DNA from: an uncultured bacterium
GTDB taxonomy: Bacteria; Muiribacteriota; UBA9980
DNA: 53,729 nt
Reading direction: 5' to 3'
NCBI GenBank assembly: GCA_964436235.1
Contig: CAYTCW010000008.1
Coordinates: 2,006 to 55,734, forward strand
Part shown: positions 27,007 to 35,956 of the stretch, piece after piece
How positions within the stretch are numbered: the first letter of the stretch is position 1
Layout: each line of letters starts with the position of its first letter
The notes under the pieces: generated by a model
Database searches by the model: none
What the model saw: only the letters and a program-made list of their open reading frames with translations
Told to the model about the DNA's origin: nothing
Position numbers and translations under genes: made by a program

Positions 27007-27744
27007 TCAATCCTCCCTTTTTATTGACCGTTCCGCTTCAAAGTGTCCGTTCGGATAGCGCTTCCGGAGTTTGTCGATATTGGCTTTTGCGATATCCTCG
27101 AACGGCATGTCGAGAGCGTAGGAAGCGAGCGAAAGATACCACGCGATATCCCCCAGTTCTTTCGCCAGCTTGTCCTTGTCGAGCTGATGCCCCTGGTATA
27201 AATATTTCTTTACGATATCCGCGAACTCGCCGGCCTCGCCGTTGAGCCCGAGCGCCGCGTTCGTCAGACAGTCGCGCCAGTTAAGTTTATCGGTGTTCGC
27301 GGTTTTGAGTGCTTCCTGTTGGTATTCTCGAAAATTCATAATTTTAAAGTGCTCCTTTTTAATTATTTTTGCCCGTTTCGGCAGTTGATGTGTCTGCGCT
27401 TCGGTGTTGACGCATATATCGACGTGACGCCCACGGACGCTTTTCCCGACGTCGCACGCCAGAAATTTAATATCCGGAAATTCTTTCAGGTAGAAGATCG
27501 TTCCCGATTTTATGATCCGTGGGTCGGTTGCGGCGCTCACATAAGAGCCGTCGTATTTTTGCAGAGTGCGGAGCGGCCGGCCGTAGCGATCGTTAGGGCC
27601 GCCCTCGATGCGTGCCTGGTGTTTGGATTTATAGCCGCCCGGAAAATAGCCGGTGATTTTTACGTCGAGCGCCCAGGCGGCTGAAAGGTTAAGAAGAAAT
27701 AGAAGAAGCGTTATTAGCGCCATTGATGCTGTCCGTCTGTGCAT
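27007..27744 (-). CDS. Single ORF joining a signal-peptide 3D-domain (lytic-transglycosylase-like) segment to a MazG-like NTP pyrophosphohydrolase; possible internal start at 27339
   Basis: The N-terminus has signal peptide ..LLLFLLNLSAAWA, then ITGYFPGG..ATDPRIIKSGT..ACDVG..GRHVDI. The C-terminus reads MNFREYQQEAL..GEAGEFADIVKK..ELGDIAWYL..NIDKLRKRY. No stop lies between the two parts. Confidence 0.6.
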   Translation of the reverse strand: MHRRTASMALITLLLFLLNLSAAWALDVKITGYFPGGYKSKHQARIEGGPNDRYGRPLRTLQKYDGSYVSAATDPRIIKSGTIFYLKEFPDIKFLACDVGKSVRGRHVDICVNTEAQTHQLPKRAKIIKKEHFKIMNFREYQQEALKTANTDKLNWRDCLTNAALGLNGEAGEFADIVKKYLYQGHQLDKDKLAKELGDIAWYLSLASYALDMPFEDIAKANIDKLRKRYPNGHFEAERSIKRED

Positions 27745-27892
27745 CTTTAGTTTCGACCTCCATTCCTTTTACAATTGTACATTTTGTTTTTTTTATTAGT
27801 TTCAACTTGTGACCTTTCTCAAGTTCGATTTTGTATTCGGGCTCACCATCTCCGATTTTGCATATGAACATTGGCGAAGTTTTTCTATTCAT
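27689..27892 (-). CDS. Hypothetical protein (67 aa)
   Basis: ORF in the operon with an 8-nt overlap on the upstream gene. Its 3' end overlaps the 27744 start. Confidence 0.35.
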   Translation of the reverse strand: MNRKTSPMFICKIGDGEPEYKIELEKGHKLKLIKKTKCTIVKGMEVETKDAQTDSINGANNASSISS

Positions 27893-28091
27893 CGCGGGCC
27901 TCCTGTTTTACTTCAATATGTTCAAGAACTTCAAATACAGAATGTCCGCTGCCTTTCCCAAGCTCGCGAGGCTTCAATGCTTTTTCTTGCTCCGGCGTAA
28001 GTTCAATTTCAACCACGCGATGCGAAAGTGCCTCATTTGGATTTAAGGCCAACAAAAGATGGCTATTATTGAAAATACATTGTAATTTCAT
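27885..28091 (-). CDS. Hypothetical protein (68 aa)
   Basis: Internal ATG at 28091 preceded by SD GAGGAGGAG. Its ATGA overlaps the upstream stop. Confidence 0.45.
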   Translation of the reverse strand: MKLQCIFNNSHLLLALNPNEALSHRVVEIELTPEQEKALKPRELGKGSGHSVFEVLEHIEVKQEARDE

Positions 28092-28492
28092 TTCTCCTCC
28101 TCGCTTTCTCTGCGCTGGCCGTGAGAACAGAAAGATAATGGACACATATCGCCATGTCCATCCTTGTTGATTGATTTGCGGCACCATTCTTTAAAATCGC
28201 ACTCCCCGCACCTTACGACGTCTGGCCTCTTTTCCAGCTCGGCTTTGATGCGGGCGATTTCGCGTTGAAAATCTTCATAGTTTTTATCAACCATTGGCAT
28301 AATAGTGGCTTGATATCTGTTAATTATGTTAAACTGGTCTTGTATTATTTTTTCTTTTTTTTCAATCTCTGCGGCCATGCGCTCGGCGGCTAAAATTATT
28401 TGGCGCCGAACTTCAACAAGTTCTTCATCATTGTAAAAATTTGTGCCGATCTCTTCCGCGAAATTCTTTATGATCTCAAGGTTATTGTTCAC
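28088..28492 (-). CDS. Hypothetical protein with a coiled coil and a C-terminal Cys cluster
   Basis: 134-aa ORF containing ..RCGECDFKEWC.. Confidence 0.45.
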   Translation of the reverse strand: MNNNLEIIKNFAEEIGTNFYNDEELVEVRRQIILAAERMAAEIEKKEKIIQDQFNIINRYQATIMPMVDKNYEDFQREIARIKAELEKRPDVVRCGECDFKEWCRKSINKDGHGDMCPLSFCSHGQRRESEEEK

Positions 28493-28689
28493 TAAGCCCT
28501 CCCTTCAAATTCCTTAAAACAGAAGTCTCCCGGGTACGTCTGCGCCCGGTAGGCAGGGCATACGCCCCTTTTTCCAGCCTGTATATCGTTGCGCCATTTT
28601 CGACATTTATCGCAAGTGGTCACCGGATTTTCGACTACTCGCATAATCCAGTCAACCATTTTTTCTGTGTTTTCTTGTAGGTCTGTCAA
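28492..28689 (-). CDS. Hypothetical Cys-containing small protein
   Basis: 65-aa ORF, tightly coupled to the downstream gene. Confidence 0.4.
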   Translation of the reverse strand: MTDLQENTEKMVDWIMRVVENPVTTCDKCRKWRNDIQAGKRGVCPAYRAQTYPGDFCFKEFEGRA

Positions 28690-28742
28690 AATAAAATCCC
28701 CTGTCCTTTCTTTTTATTTCTGTTTTATTGGCATTTCTCACC

Positions 28743-28997
28743 TCACGCCGATTTCAGGTAGTCATCTACGCCCTTCCTGGCGATTCCCTCTACATAGTTA
28801 CGTTCGACATATTTAACCCATTCAGCGTAAACTATGTATAAGCGGCGCTCGAGTTTAACGAAAAGTTCTTTGTTTTTGCCTTTCGAGTGCCAGACGCGCA
28901 GCGTTTTCTGCGTGTACGGTATGCCGTATTTTTCGAGCAAGTCGTCACGAAAGACGGGTATTAACTTCAAAAGGCCGATATTATTGTTATTTTCCAT
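28743..28997 (-). CDS. Hypothetical protein (possible DNA-binding)
   Basis: 84-aa ORF following ssb. Confidence 0.4.
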   Translation of the reverse strand: MENNNNIGLLKLIPVFRDDLLEKYGIPYTQKTLRVWHSKGKNKELFVKLERRLYIVYAEWVKYVERNYVEGIARKGVDDYLKSA

Positions 28998-29010
28998 ACT
29001 TTTCTCCTTT

Positions 29011-29442
29011 TTAGAACGGAACGCCGTCGGGATCGTCTGTTGCAGGTTGATAATTTGAATTCTGGCCGGCGTAGGGGTCGGCGGGTCCGGGGTCGTGTGA
29101 CTGATTATTGTTTTTCGAATCGAGAAAGATAAGGTTAACGGCTACTATTTCAGTAACTTTCTTTTCCTGCCCGTCTTTGCCCTCGTATTTGCGGTTAGTT
29201 ATCCGGCCTTCGACGTGTATTTTAGAGCCTTTTTTGAGATAATTGCCGGCCACTTCGCCGAGTTTATCCCAGCATATTATTTTGTGCCAGGTCGTGTATT
29301 CCTTGCGGTCTTCACCCTTACCGGCGTATTCGGACGTAGCCAGATCGAGCGTTGTAACTGTTCGGCCCGTTTGTGTAGCGGCTACCTTAGGATCGTGGCC
29401 GAGACGGCCGAGAAGAAAAACCTTGTTGTAAGAATTAGACAT
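29011..29442 (-). CDS. ssb: Single-stranded DNA-binding protein
   Basis: OB-fold pattern NKVFLLGRLGHDPK...TTWHKIICWDKLGE..YLKKGSKIHVEGRI, with an acidic tail DDPDGVPF. Confidence 0.9.
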   Translation of the reverse strand: MSNSYNKVFLLGRLGHDPKVAATQTGRTVTTLDLATSEYAGKGEDRKEYTTWHKIICWDKLGEVAGNYLKKGSKIHVEGRITNRKYEGKDGQEKKVTEIVAVNLIFLDSKNNNQSHDPGPADPYAGQNSNYQPATDDPDGVPF

Positions 29443-29519
29443 ATTTAACCTCCAAAAGTTAAAATTTAATTTAAGGCGTTTTAAGGCCGGTTAGTTTAAT
29501 TGAACGACTCAAACATCGT

Positions 29520-30188
29520 TCAAGCGGTTTTAAGTTCGTCAGACGCGAGCGGGTGAATTTCTGAAGCGGAATTTTTATTGTCTTTAATCTTTGAATTCAT
29601 GTCCATCGAATTTGAAACCTTTTCGATGAGTTTAAAAGTGGCGCTGTTGCCGCCGGTAATTCGCTTAACTGCGTTTTCTTCGGTTTTGCGCTTCGAATAA
29701 CCGTTATAGTTTTTATAAAAATATGCGCGAGTCGCGGCTACGTTCTCGTCGGTGCAGATGGAAAGCCAGCCGATCGAGGAAACGGCATCGTAAACTGCCG
29801 GATTGCTATATTCTTCGAGTTTCGGCGGGTTCATGTAGCCGTGCGAGTGGATGAAGTCGTTAACTTCGTGCCATGCCTCTTCGACCGAAGGCGGAGCGTC
29901 AGGATCTGCCGGCATGAATTTTTTGATTTGGTTTAAAATGTCCTGCGGACCGGGTTGGTCCTTGCGCTCGTTGAAGTATTTATAGATCGCTGCCTGGACG
30001 GCTTCGAAAGGATACGGATTCAGATATGTCATCCAGGTATCGATCATAAAATCGTAAAGTTCTTCGTCACTCGGAAGGATCACCCGCGGGTTGATGGTTG
30101 ATATCATAAACAGTATTTTTTTCATTTCGGACCTTTTCATTCTCTTCTTCCTGCCTTTCCTTTTCTTCTTCTTTACGGATCGATTCAA
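29520..30188 (-). CDS. Replication-associated protein (possible helicase-loader/organiser partner); start uncertain
   Basis: The track start overlaps the upstream gene by ~120 nt. Internal ATGs at 30140, 30125 and 30110 are alternatives. Confidence 0.45.
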   Translation of the reverse strand: MNRSVKKKKRKGRKKRMKRSEMKKILFMISTINPRVILPSDEELYDFMIDTWMTYLNPYPFEAVQAAIYKYFNERKDQPGPQDILNQIKKFMPADPDAPPSVEEAWHEVNDFIHSHGYMNPPKLEEYSNPAVYDAVSSIGWLSICTDENVAATRAYFYKNYNGYSKRKTEENAVKRITGGNSATFKLIEKVSNSMDMNSKIKDNKNSASEIHPLASDELKTA

Positions 30189-31155
30189 GCATCATGCGTT
30201 GGCGTTGGTCGTAAAAATTGCCGGTATTCGGTTTCTGATTATGGAACGGATGATCGGTTTTAATGCGGGGTTTGTTGTCATATGCGCCTTCAAGGATTCG
30301 CAGAAATTTTTCTTCGTCGAGAAGCCAGCTGAAGTTACAACGCCCCCAGTTGCCTTCGGTGGTCAGACACAAGAAGTCGCTTTCTCTGGCCTTCTGAAAT
30401 ACGGTTTTCAAATTTTCAATTCCGTGTTTTATGAGAAGGGCGCTAATCTTTCGCCGGCGGTTTTCGTTTTTCAATGCATGAGGTAACCGTCCGTGGGTAA
30501 TCTCGTTATAGAGATCGAATACTTCGTCGATCTGTTTTGAGGTTAAACGTTTTCTTTCGCCTTGAACCTCACCCCCGGAAAAGTTATCCACATCATCATT
30601 GCCGTCGAATCTGCCAAGATTCGACATAGATGATGTGTTACTGTTACTGTTATTGTTATCTGTTACTGTTACTGTTACTGTTACTGGTTTCGAAACGGTT
30701 TCGGAACCCTTGGCTAACCCTTTCGTAACGGTTTCGAAACGGTTCCGCAACCCTTCCGCAAGGGTTACAAACTTATCGTCTTTACTGCGTTCTAATATAT
30801 TTGCAAGGTCGGCCAATAGAAGTGTGTCGGGTAATTCGTTCAAAACTTCTATCGCCGATTTTACCTGATTCGGATTTTCGGGTGCCTGGTATTTAAAAAA
30901 GTTTTTGATGAAGATTAACTCAAGGTCAAAATCATACTTGACGCGATTGGCCTTTATCAGCTCTTTGAGCGCCTTTTCAAACCTTTGAGGGGTCCATTGA
31001 AGATGATAGCACGCAAAGGCCGAGGGAAGGTGAAAAAGCCCGACAATATTACGTTGTGGCGTGGTTAATATGTATAAAAAAAGTATTCGGGCATCCTCGG
31101 TCATTTTTCTGACCATCGGGTCAATCCAAAACTTATCTTCGATTCTCGAATACAT
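30067..31155 (-). CDS. Replication initiator / replisome-organiser-like protein (paralogue 2)
   Basis: The N-terminal ~90 aa are paralogous to ORF 31157..31735 (..ILFLYILTTPQRNIVGLFHLP.. versus ..IAFMYLLTSPHSNIAGFYVLP..). An iteron array is embedded at mid-gene. Confidence 0.55.
   Translation of the reverse strand: MYSRIEDKFWIDPMVRKMTEDARILFLYILTTPQRNIVGLFHLPSAFACYHLQWTPQRFEKALKELIKANRVKYDFDLELIFIKNFFKYQAPENPNQVKSAIEVLNELPDTLLLADLANILERSKDDKFVTLAEGLRNRFETVTKGLAKGSETVSKPVTVTVTVTDNNNSNSNTSSMSNLGRFDGNDDVDNFSGGEVQGERKRLTSKQIDEVFDLYNEITHGRLPHALKNENRRRKISALLIKHGIENLKTVFQKARESDFLCLTTEGNWGRCNFSWLLDEEKFLRILEGAYDNKPRIKTDHPFHNQKPNTGNFYDQRQRMMLESIRKEEEKERQEEENEKVRNEKNTVYDINHQPAGDPSE
30637..30685. repeat. 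Imperfect hexanucleotide microsatellite (GTTACT)n, about 8 units
   Basis: gttactgttactgttattgttatc-t-gttactgttactgttactgttact. It encodes the VTVTVTVTDNNNSNSN linker on the minus strand. Confidence 0.8.
30692..30768. repeat. Iteron array: 7 contiguous 11-bp units (candidate ori)
   Basis: gaaacggtttc ggaacccttgg ctaaccctttc gtaacggtttc gaaacggttcc gcaacccttcc gcaagggttac. Confidence 0.75.
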
Positions 31156-31156
31156 G

Positions 31157-31735
31157 TTATTCCCGCCCTTTTTTTTGTATTTTTCCCCGTTTTATCTGGC
31201 TTTTGGAACCCTTCGGCAAGGGTTCCGAAAGGGTTCCGCAACCCTTGTTTAACCCTTTCGTAACGGTTTCGGAAGGGTTCCGCAACGGTTCCGTAACGGT
31301 TTCTACCCTATTAAAATCAGGGGTTAACGATTTAATGTTTTCAAGATACACTTTTGTCTGTTCGGTCAAAAATTCTTTTATCAGTTCGTAAAATTCTTTC
31401 ATAAGGTAAGTCGAAGGCATTTCCTTCAAGAGATTAACAATCCCTTTTAATTGGTTTGCTCCGCCGACAGGATTGTTTTTTAAATGGTCCATAACGAGAA
31501 CGACTTTTTTATGAGCATCGCGTTTAATAAACCAGTGAGATTCGAGCTCGCTCAAAATTTCATCGCAAACCTTAGGCGTCCAGTTAAGATCGTAGGCCAT
31601 ATATTCGAGCGGCAGAACATAGAAACCGGCTATGTTTGAATGAGGCGAGGTCAAAAGATACATAAAAGCGATAACGCCTTCTTTCGATAACTTACGAAGC
31701 CGTTCATCGTGCCAGATATTAGCGTTTATATTCAT
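31157..31735 (-). CDS. Replication initiator / replisome-organiser-like protein (paralogue 1)
   Basis: I prefer the ATG at 31735 (MNINANIWHD..) with SD AAGGAAG. An iteron array is embedded near the 3' end. Confidence 0.55.
   Translation of the reverse strand: MNINANIWHDERLRKLSKEGVIAFMYLLTSPHSNIAGFYVLPLEYMAYDLNWTPKVCDEILSELESHWFIKRDAHKKVVLVMDHLKNNPVGGANQLKGIVNLLKEMPSTYLMKEFYELIKEFLTEQTKVYLENIKSLTPDFNRVETVTEPLRNPSETVTKGLNKGCGTLSEPLPKGSKSQIKRGKIQKKGRE
31205..31303. repeat. Iteron array: 9 contiguous 11-bp units (candidate ori)
   Basis: ggaacccttcg gcaagggttcc gaaagggttcc gcaacccttgt ttaaccctttc gtaacggtttc ggaagggttcc gcaacggttcc gtaacggtttc. Confidence 0.75.
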
Positions 31736-31791
31736 AGGTTCGCTTCCTTTCTTGAAGCCCGGCGGCAATGTCACCGCCGGGCGTTTTATTA

Positions 31792-33531
31792 CTAAGCCGC
31801 TTCGGCTTCCTGTGATTGATCTATTTGAGCTAACGGGTTATTTATAAGCGATAGGTTGTAACTGCGCTTGATTTGAGCATTGCCGCGTACCTTCGACGGG
31901 AAGGCGGCCTCGAGTCCGATAAGAATACTTGTGACTGTCGGGAATTCCTCGTCGAGGATCCTGATAAGCGACTGCATATATGGAACATAAACGCTTTCCA
32001 TGTCATCAACGACGATGAAGTTATAGCCGCTCAGTTTAGCGATCGCGAGCTGAAGCGCGATACCGCAGAGAATCCGTTCGGAGGTCGAGAGCATGCCGGG
32101 CGTTTTTCCGTTGATTCTGATGTTGGCCAGATCTCCGCCGGCCGCTTCAATCACGAATCCGAAAGTCTTCGATACTTCGTTAACCATGTCGAAAAGACCT
32201 TCGCTGTTTCCAGAGACGATTTTTTCTTTAAGGTCTTTTTCAAGAAACGCAATATAACGATCGTAGCGCTTCGAATTAGCTTCGAGGGTCATTACTTCCT
32301 CGGCGAGTGCTTTCGCCTTCGCCTGTGCCTCGCCGCGGCGTTTTATATCGACCATAGCGATATTAATTCCGTCGAGCTGTACGCGCAATTCGTTCATGCC
32401 CTTCATGGCTTCCAGATTACGGCGTTCGACTTCGGCCTTTGCGGCGTCATATTTCTCGTTTTGTTCTTCAATCAGGCGGTTAAGTTCATCGAGCTGTTCC
32501 TGGCGGGACGCTTTATATTGAGCGAATGCCGCCGTATCTTCCGCGCTGAGTTTTTCCCATTCGGCCCGAAGCGCTGCTGTTTCATTGTTAAGTTTCATAA
32601 CGTATTCAGCGAGCGCCGGTTCATTGCATGTGATTTTACCCTGACTTAGGGGGCACTTGCCTTCGTGTTTGTTATAAGCGGTTATCGTTGATTTGTGCGC
32701 GGTGCCTATGGCCGCAGTTTCGGCGAGCCGGCGGGCGTGTTTCGGTTTAAAATCGCCGAGCTCGATAGTTTTTTTCTTGTCCATAAGTTCGAGCCAGCGG
32801 GCCGAGCGCTCCGGAAATTTTTCGGGTTCATAAGCCATTTTCAGCTTAGCTTCGAGTATCTGTTTATCGTTCTCGAGTTTTTCGATCGAACGGTCATTGA
32901 TGACGGTCCGTTCCTTCATAGCACTGTTTATGATCTCGATTTCGGATTTGGCGCGTTCGAGCTGCTTGTTTACCGTGTGCCTTATCTGCCGGAAGTTTTC
33001 GGCCGTGGCTTTTATGTTTGATGCACGCAGGCCTTCGAAGTCTTTAGCTTCTTCACTACTGATTCCATATTTTACGACATCTATCAGCTCGTCTCCGGAG
33101 AAATAGTTCATCAGGAGATCTGCCTGTTCTTTGGCCGTGAGTTCGAAAAAGTTTGAGTTGTCGCAGAGCATCTGAATGACGTTGCGTTTGTATCCAAACT
33201 CGGCGAGCCCGTCCTTTTCTTTAGTGCGGCCGACCTCGAGCTTAACGCCGTTTAGTCTTAATTTATGCGGCTTCGGTTCGCGCTCGATGCTGTGCGTCAG
33301 GCCTTCGAAAGTCGTTATCACGGCCGTTGAGCATTTCGCGCCGTCGGCTAAGCGGATTATTTCTTCAACTTCTTTTTTATCAGGCGTAGCGGTGAGCGCG
33401 TATCTGATCGCCTGTTTAACGCTCGATTTTCCGCAGTGGTTCGCACCGGTGATGATGTTAATGCCAGGCTGGAATTCAAAACTTTTGTCTTCGTACCCCA
33501 TGAAATCTTTTACTATGAGTTTATTTATCAT
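31792..33531 (-). CDS. SMC/RecF/SbcC-like AAA ATPase (recombination module)
   Basis: Walker A ITGANHCGKSS, a long coiled coil, and Walker B NFIVVDDMES. I prefer the ATG at 33531 with SD AAAGGTGA. Confidence 0.7.
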   Translation of the reverse strand: MINKLIVKDFMGYEDKSFEFQPGINIITGANHCGKSSVKQAIRYALTATPDKKEVEEIIRLADGAKCSTAVITTFEGLTHSIEREPKPHKLRLNGVKLEVGRTKEKDGLAEFGYKRNVIQMLCDNSNFFELTAKEQADLLMNYFSGDELIDVVKYGISSEEAKDFEGLRASNIKATAENFRQIRHTVNKQLERAKSEIEIINSAMKERTVINDRSIEKLENDKQILEAKLKMAYEPEKFPERSARWLELMDKKKTIELGDFKPKHARRLAETAAIGTAHKSTITAYNKHEGKCPLSQGKITCNEPALAEYVMKLNNETAALRAEWEKLSAEDTAAFAQYKASRQEQLDELNRLIEEQNEKYDAAKAEVERRNLEAMKGMNELRVQLDGINIAMVDIKRRGEAQAKAKALAEEVMTLEANSKRYDRYIAFLEKDLKEKIVSGNSEGLFDMVNEVSKTFGFVIEAAGGDLANIRINGKTPGMLSTSERILCGIALQLAIAKLSGYNFIVVDDMESVYVPYMQSLIRILDEEFPTVTSILIGLEAAFPSKVRGNAQIKRSYNLSLINNPLAQIDQSQEAEAA

Positions 33532-33793
33532 TCGATTCACCTTTCTTTTTAAATCCGTCACACTCCGCAACGTTATCGTTTCCAAGGCCACATCCAAAAG
33601 TAATATTTTTAGCGGAGCATGTAGGAAATTCTTGAATGCATGCTTCACAAAGATGAGTTTCTTTCATGTATTTTTCCAACGCTTCTTTGTATTTTTCTTC
33701 GCCTTCTGGTAAACACCACCCGCTGGGTTCGTCGTCAAATCCGCAGCACTGATGCCAGCCGTATTCTTCCGGTAATGGTTTTTTATTTTTCAT
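33521..33793 (-). CDS. Cys-rich hypothetical protein
   Basis: 90-aa ORF with several cysteines (CC, C.P, CEAC, C, C, C). Confidence 0.4.
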   Translation of the reverse strand: MKNKKPLPEEYGWHQCCGFDDEPSGWCLPEGEEKYKEALEKYMKETHLCEACIQEFPTCSAKNITFGCGLGNDNVAECDGFKKKGESNDK

Positions 33794-33803
33794 TTAACGC
33801 TCC

Positions 33804-35000
33804 TTAAAACGGCGCTTTTTCGCCGGTTGTCGCTGTTGTTTCGGTTTGAGCAGCCGCGGCCGCTTTGGGTTTGTTTTCTGGCGCCGGTTTTTGTTTCATT
33901 CCGTCAATTTCATCAACGATTTTTCTAAGATCGCCGTCGTGTTTTATGATGATCGGAGTGAAGTCGGCGGGAGCCAATCGCTTAACCATTATTATAGTTT
34001 TAAGCGGGTGACTTTTAGCCAGGAGCGCTTCGATTCGTTCGTTCGTCCATTCGTTCGTTTCGGGTTCGCTTGTTTGGGGTTCGGCCGCGCCTTCGGTTTC
34101 GTCTGCCTTCGCGGGGCCTTCGAGCAACGCCGCGGGCTGATTTTCGTCCATAAGCGCGGGAACTTCGAACATATCCGGCGCGATTTCTTTTTTAATTTTT
34201 TCATCGGTTTCGAGTTCTTTAGCAAATTCGATTGATTTCGGAGCGTATTTAAGCAGCGCTTTCAAAACCGTCTTTTTCGCCATACCGATAAAATTGTTTA
34301 CCCAGGCGCATTTATCGCCGCCAACCCATTCGCCTTTATCGGCGTTCCAGAGGTCGGAATATTTCTTAGCGTGCGCGGTGATCTTCGAAACCGGCCAGAC
34401 CTGAAAGTCGAAACCGCCGTTTTTAGTGTGATATACGGCGTAAATATGAGTAAGTTCGCCGCGGTCTTCCGTTTCACATGGCCTGTGTTCAAGATCGCGT
34501 TTAAGACCGAGTTTGTAATAAAAACTGTCGTTCGAATAAACTTCTTCGCAGTAGAGATCGAGATAACTGCCGGAACGATAAGCCAGATCAATAATACCCT
34601 GATAACCGAGCTGGAACTGTGCTAACTTTATTTTAATCCATTGGCCGTTTGGCATTTTAATGCTTTTTTTTCTCGGGATAAGATATGCCTGGCCGAGCGG
34701 AGTATTAAGTTCAACGCCGAGTTGGGCGCCGGTCATTATTCCCGCCAGAAGGCTGTCGCGTTCACATTCAAGCAACTCCGGATTAATCTTTATGGCCGTG
34801 AGAGCGATACGCGCTACGCGGTCCGGGCTGACGTGCTTAGGAACCGCTTTCGAGATCGAGGGGACCATTTCTTTTATGAAATCGTTTATTGTTTTGTTAG
34901 GTTTAATCGTCGGAGCGGTTGCCGAAGCGTTTCCCGCCGCCGCCTGTGCCTTATTCATTAACGCCGTGTTATTTCCGTTTACGTTCGCCATATTTATCAC
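33804..35000 (-). CDS. recT: RecT-family single-strand annealing protein
   Basis: ..ALTAIKINPELLECE..SLLAGIMTGAQLGVELN..QAYLIPR..AQFQLGYQGIIDLAYRSG.. The start is either GTG at 35000 or ATG at 34991. Confidence 0.85.
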   Translation of the reverse strand: MINMANVNGNNTALMNKAQAAAGNASATAPTIKPNKTINDFIKEMVPSISKAVPKHVSPDRVARIALTAIKINPELLECERDSLLAGIMTGAQLGVELNTPLGQAYLIPRKKSIKMPNGQWIKIKLAQFQLGYQGIIDLAYRSGSYLDLYCEEVYSNDSFYYKLGLKRDLEHRPCETEDRGELTHIYAVYHTKNGGFDFQVWPVSKITAHAKKYSDLWNADKGEWVGGDKCAWVNNFIGMAKKTVLKALLKYAPKSIEFAKELETDEKIKKEIAPDMFEVPALMDENQPAALLEGPAKADETEGAAEPQTSEPETNEWTNERIEALLAKSHPLKTIIMVKRLAPADFTPIIIKHDGDLRKIVDEIDGMKQKPAPENKPKAAAAAQTETTATTGEKAPF

Positions 35001-35950
35001 TACTCCTTTATTTTTACTGAAAATTTTCTGTAAGGTTTCGCCGGTTCCAGATACGAATCGAAAAGTATTGGATGATCTTCGGCGAATTTTTTCTCGTTGA
35101 ATTTCGGTTTCGGGTTCACCTGGGACCAGATAACTTCCTGTTTGCCGTCCTGTGATTTAGCGCGTTCGTTTTCACCGAGCCAGGCGCATATTGCAACCTG
35201 AATTCTTTCAACGCGCTTATCTGCGTCTTTCGAAACTATCTTCGCGCCTTCGTATTTTTCGACGAGTCCGGCTATATCTTCCGGAAGCACAGCCGAAACG
35301 CCGTTCGATGTGGGATAGAGTTTTTTCAGAACGTCCGCGTTAAGCTCGCAATCGGGCATTACCTTATTTTGACAGCAGTACCAGAACTTCTGTTCCGCGT
35401 CGATCAGCGCCAGGATAAATTCGTCGTTGCGCGGAATGTATTTGTGGATGAAATGATTACCGTTGATCAGCGCCGCAATATACCAGCCTTCATATCCGGT
35501 CACGGCCATGTAGTGCTGACACTGTGCGTAATAAGTGTCGGGGATTTCGTCGTCGTCCCATTCCTGCGCTTTTCTAAGAGATACGTTTTTACACTCGAGA
35601 CCGCGTCTTTCACCCGCGATTAAGCGGTCAACGTTAGCCAGCATAAAAGAAAACTGCGGATGCTGAAGCAGGGCGTCGCAAGTCTGAATTTTAATTCCCG
35701 TAAGCAATTCGAAACGATTCGCGATAACGGGTTCGAGAATATTTCCCCATTCAGCAGGTTCGCCGACGGGCTCGGGTTCGGCCTGTCCGGTTTTTTCAAG
35801 CCACAATGCCACGGGGTTTTTATATTTATTAACTCCAAGGATCGTGCCGGCGTCACTGCCGCCGATTCCTTTTTTGCGTTCATCGAGCCATTGCTGATGT
35901 GTCATTAGCTTAGTGTCCGCTAAAACTATTGAATTCATATATTTTTTCAC
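35000..35950 (-). CDS. YqaJ-like (lambda Exo-type) recombination exonuclease
   Basis: ..RKKGIGGSDAGTILGVNKYKNPVALWLEKTG..GNILEP..ANVDRLI..GLECKN.. Adjacent to recT. Confidence 0.85.
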   Translation of the reverse strand: MKKYMNSIVLADTKLMTHQQWLDERKKGIGGSDAGTILGVNKYKNPVALWLEKTGQAEPEPVGEPAEWGNILEPVIANRFELLTGIKIQTCDALLQHPQFSFMLANVDRLIAGERRGLECKNVSLRKAQEWDDDEIPDTYYAQCQHYMAVTGYEGWYIAALINGNHFIHKYIPRNDEFILALIDAEQKFWYCCQNKVMPDCELNADVLKKLYPTSNGVSAVLPEDIAGLVEKYEGAKIVSKDADKRVERIQVAICAWLGENERAKSQDGKQEVIWSQVNPKPKFNEKKFAEDHPILFDSYLEPAKPYRKFSVKIKE

Positions 35951-35956
35951 TCCTTA

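Noticed and set aside
31439-31450. 12-nt match (aatcccttttaa) to the reverse complement of the CRISPR repeat, inside the initiator gene
   Set aside because: Only the AT-rich core matches. It lies within coding sequence and has no flanking repeat-like context, so it is consistent with chance.
31873-32649. 258-aa plus-strand ORF, and many similar long ORFs on the opposite strand of large genes (for example 24314..24964, 15336..15782, 19141..19581, 33176..33712, 34660..35100, 49899..50273)
   Set aside because: They lie entirely antisense to genes with clear motifs. They have low-complexity or Arg/Ser/Pro-rich translations and no ribosome-binding sites. They are typical shadow ORFs.
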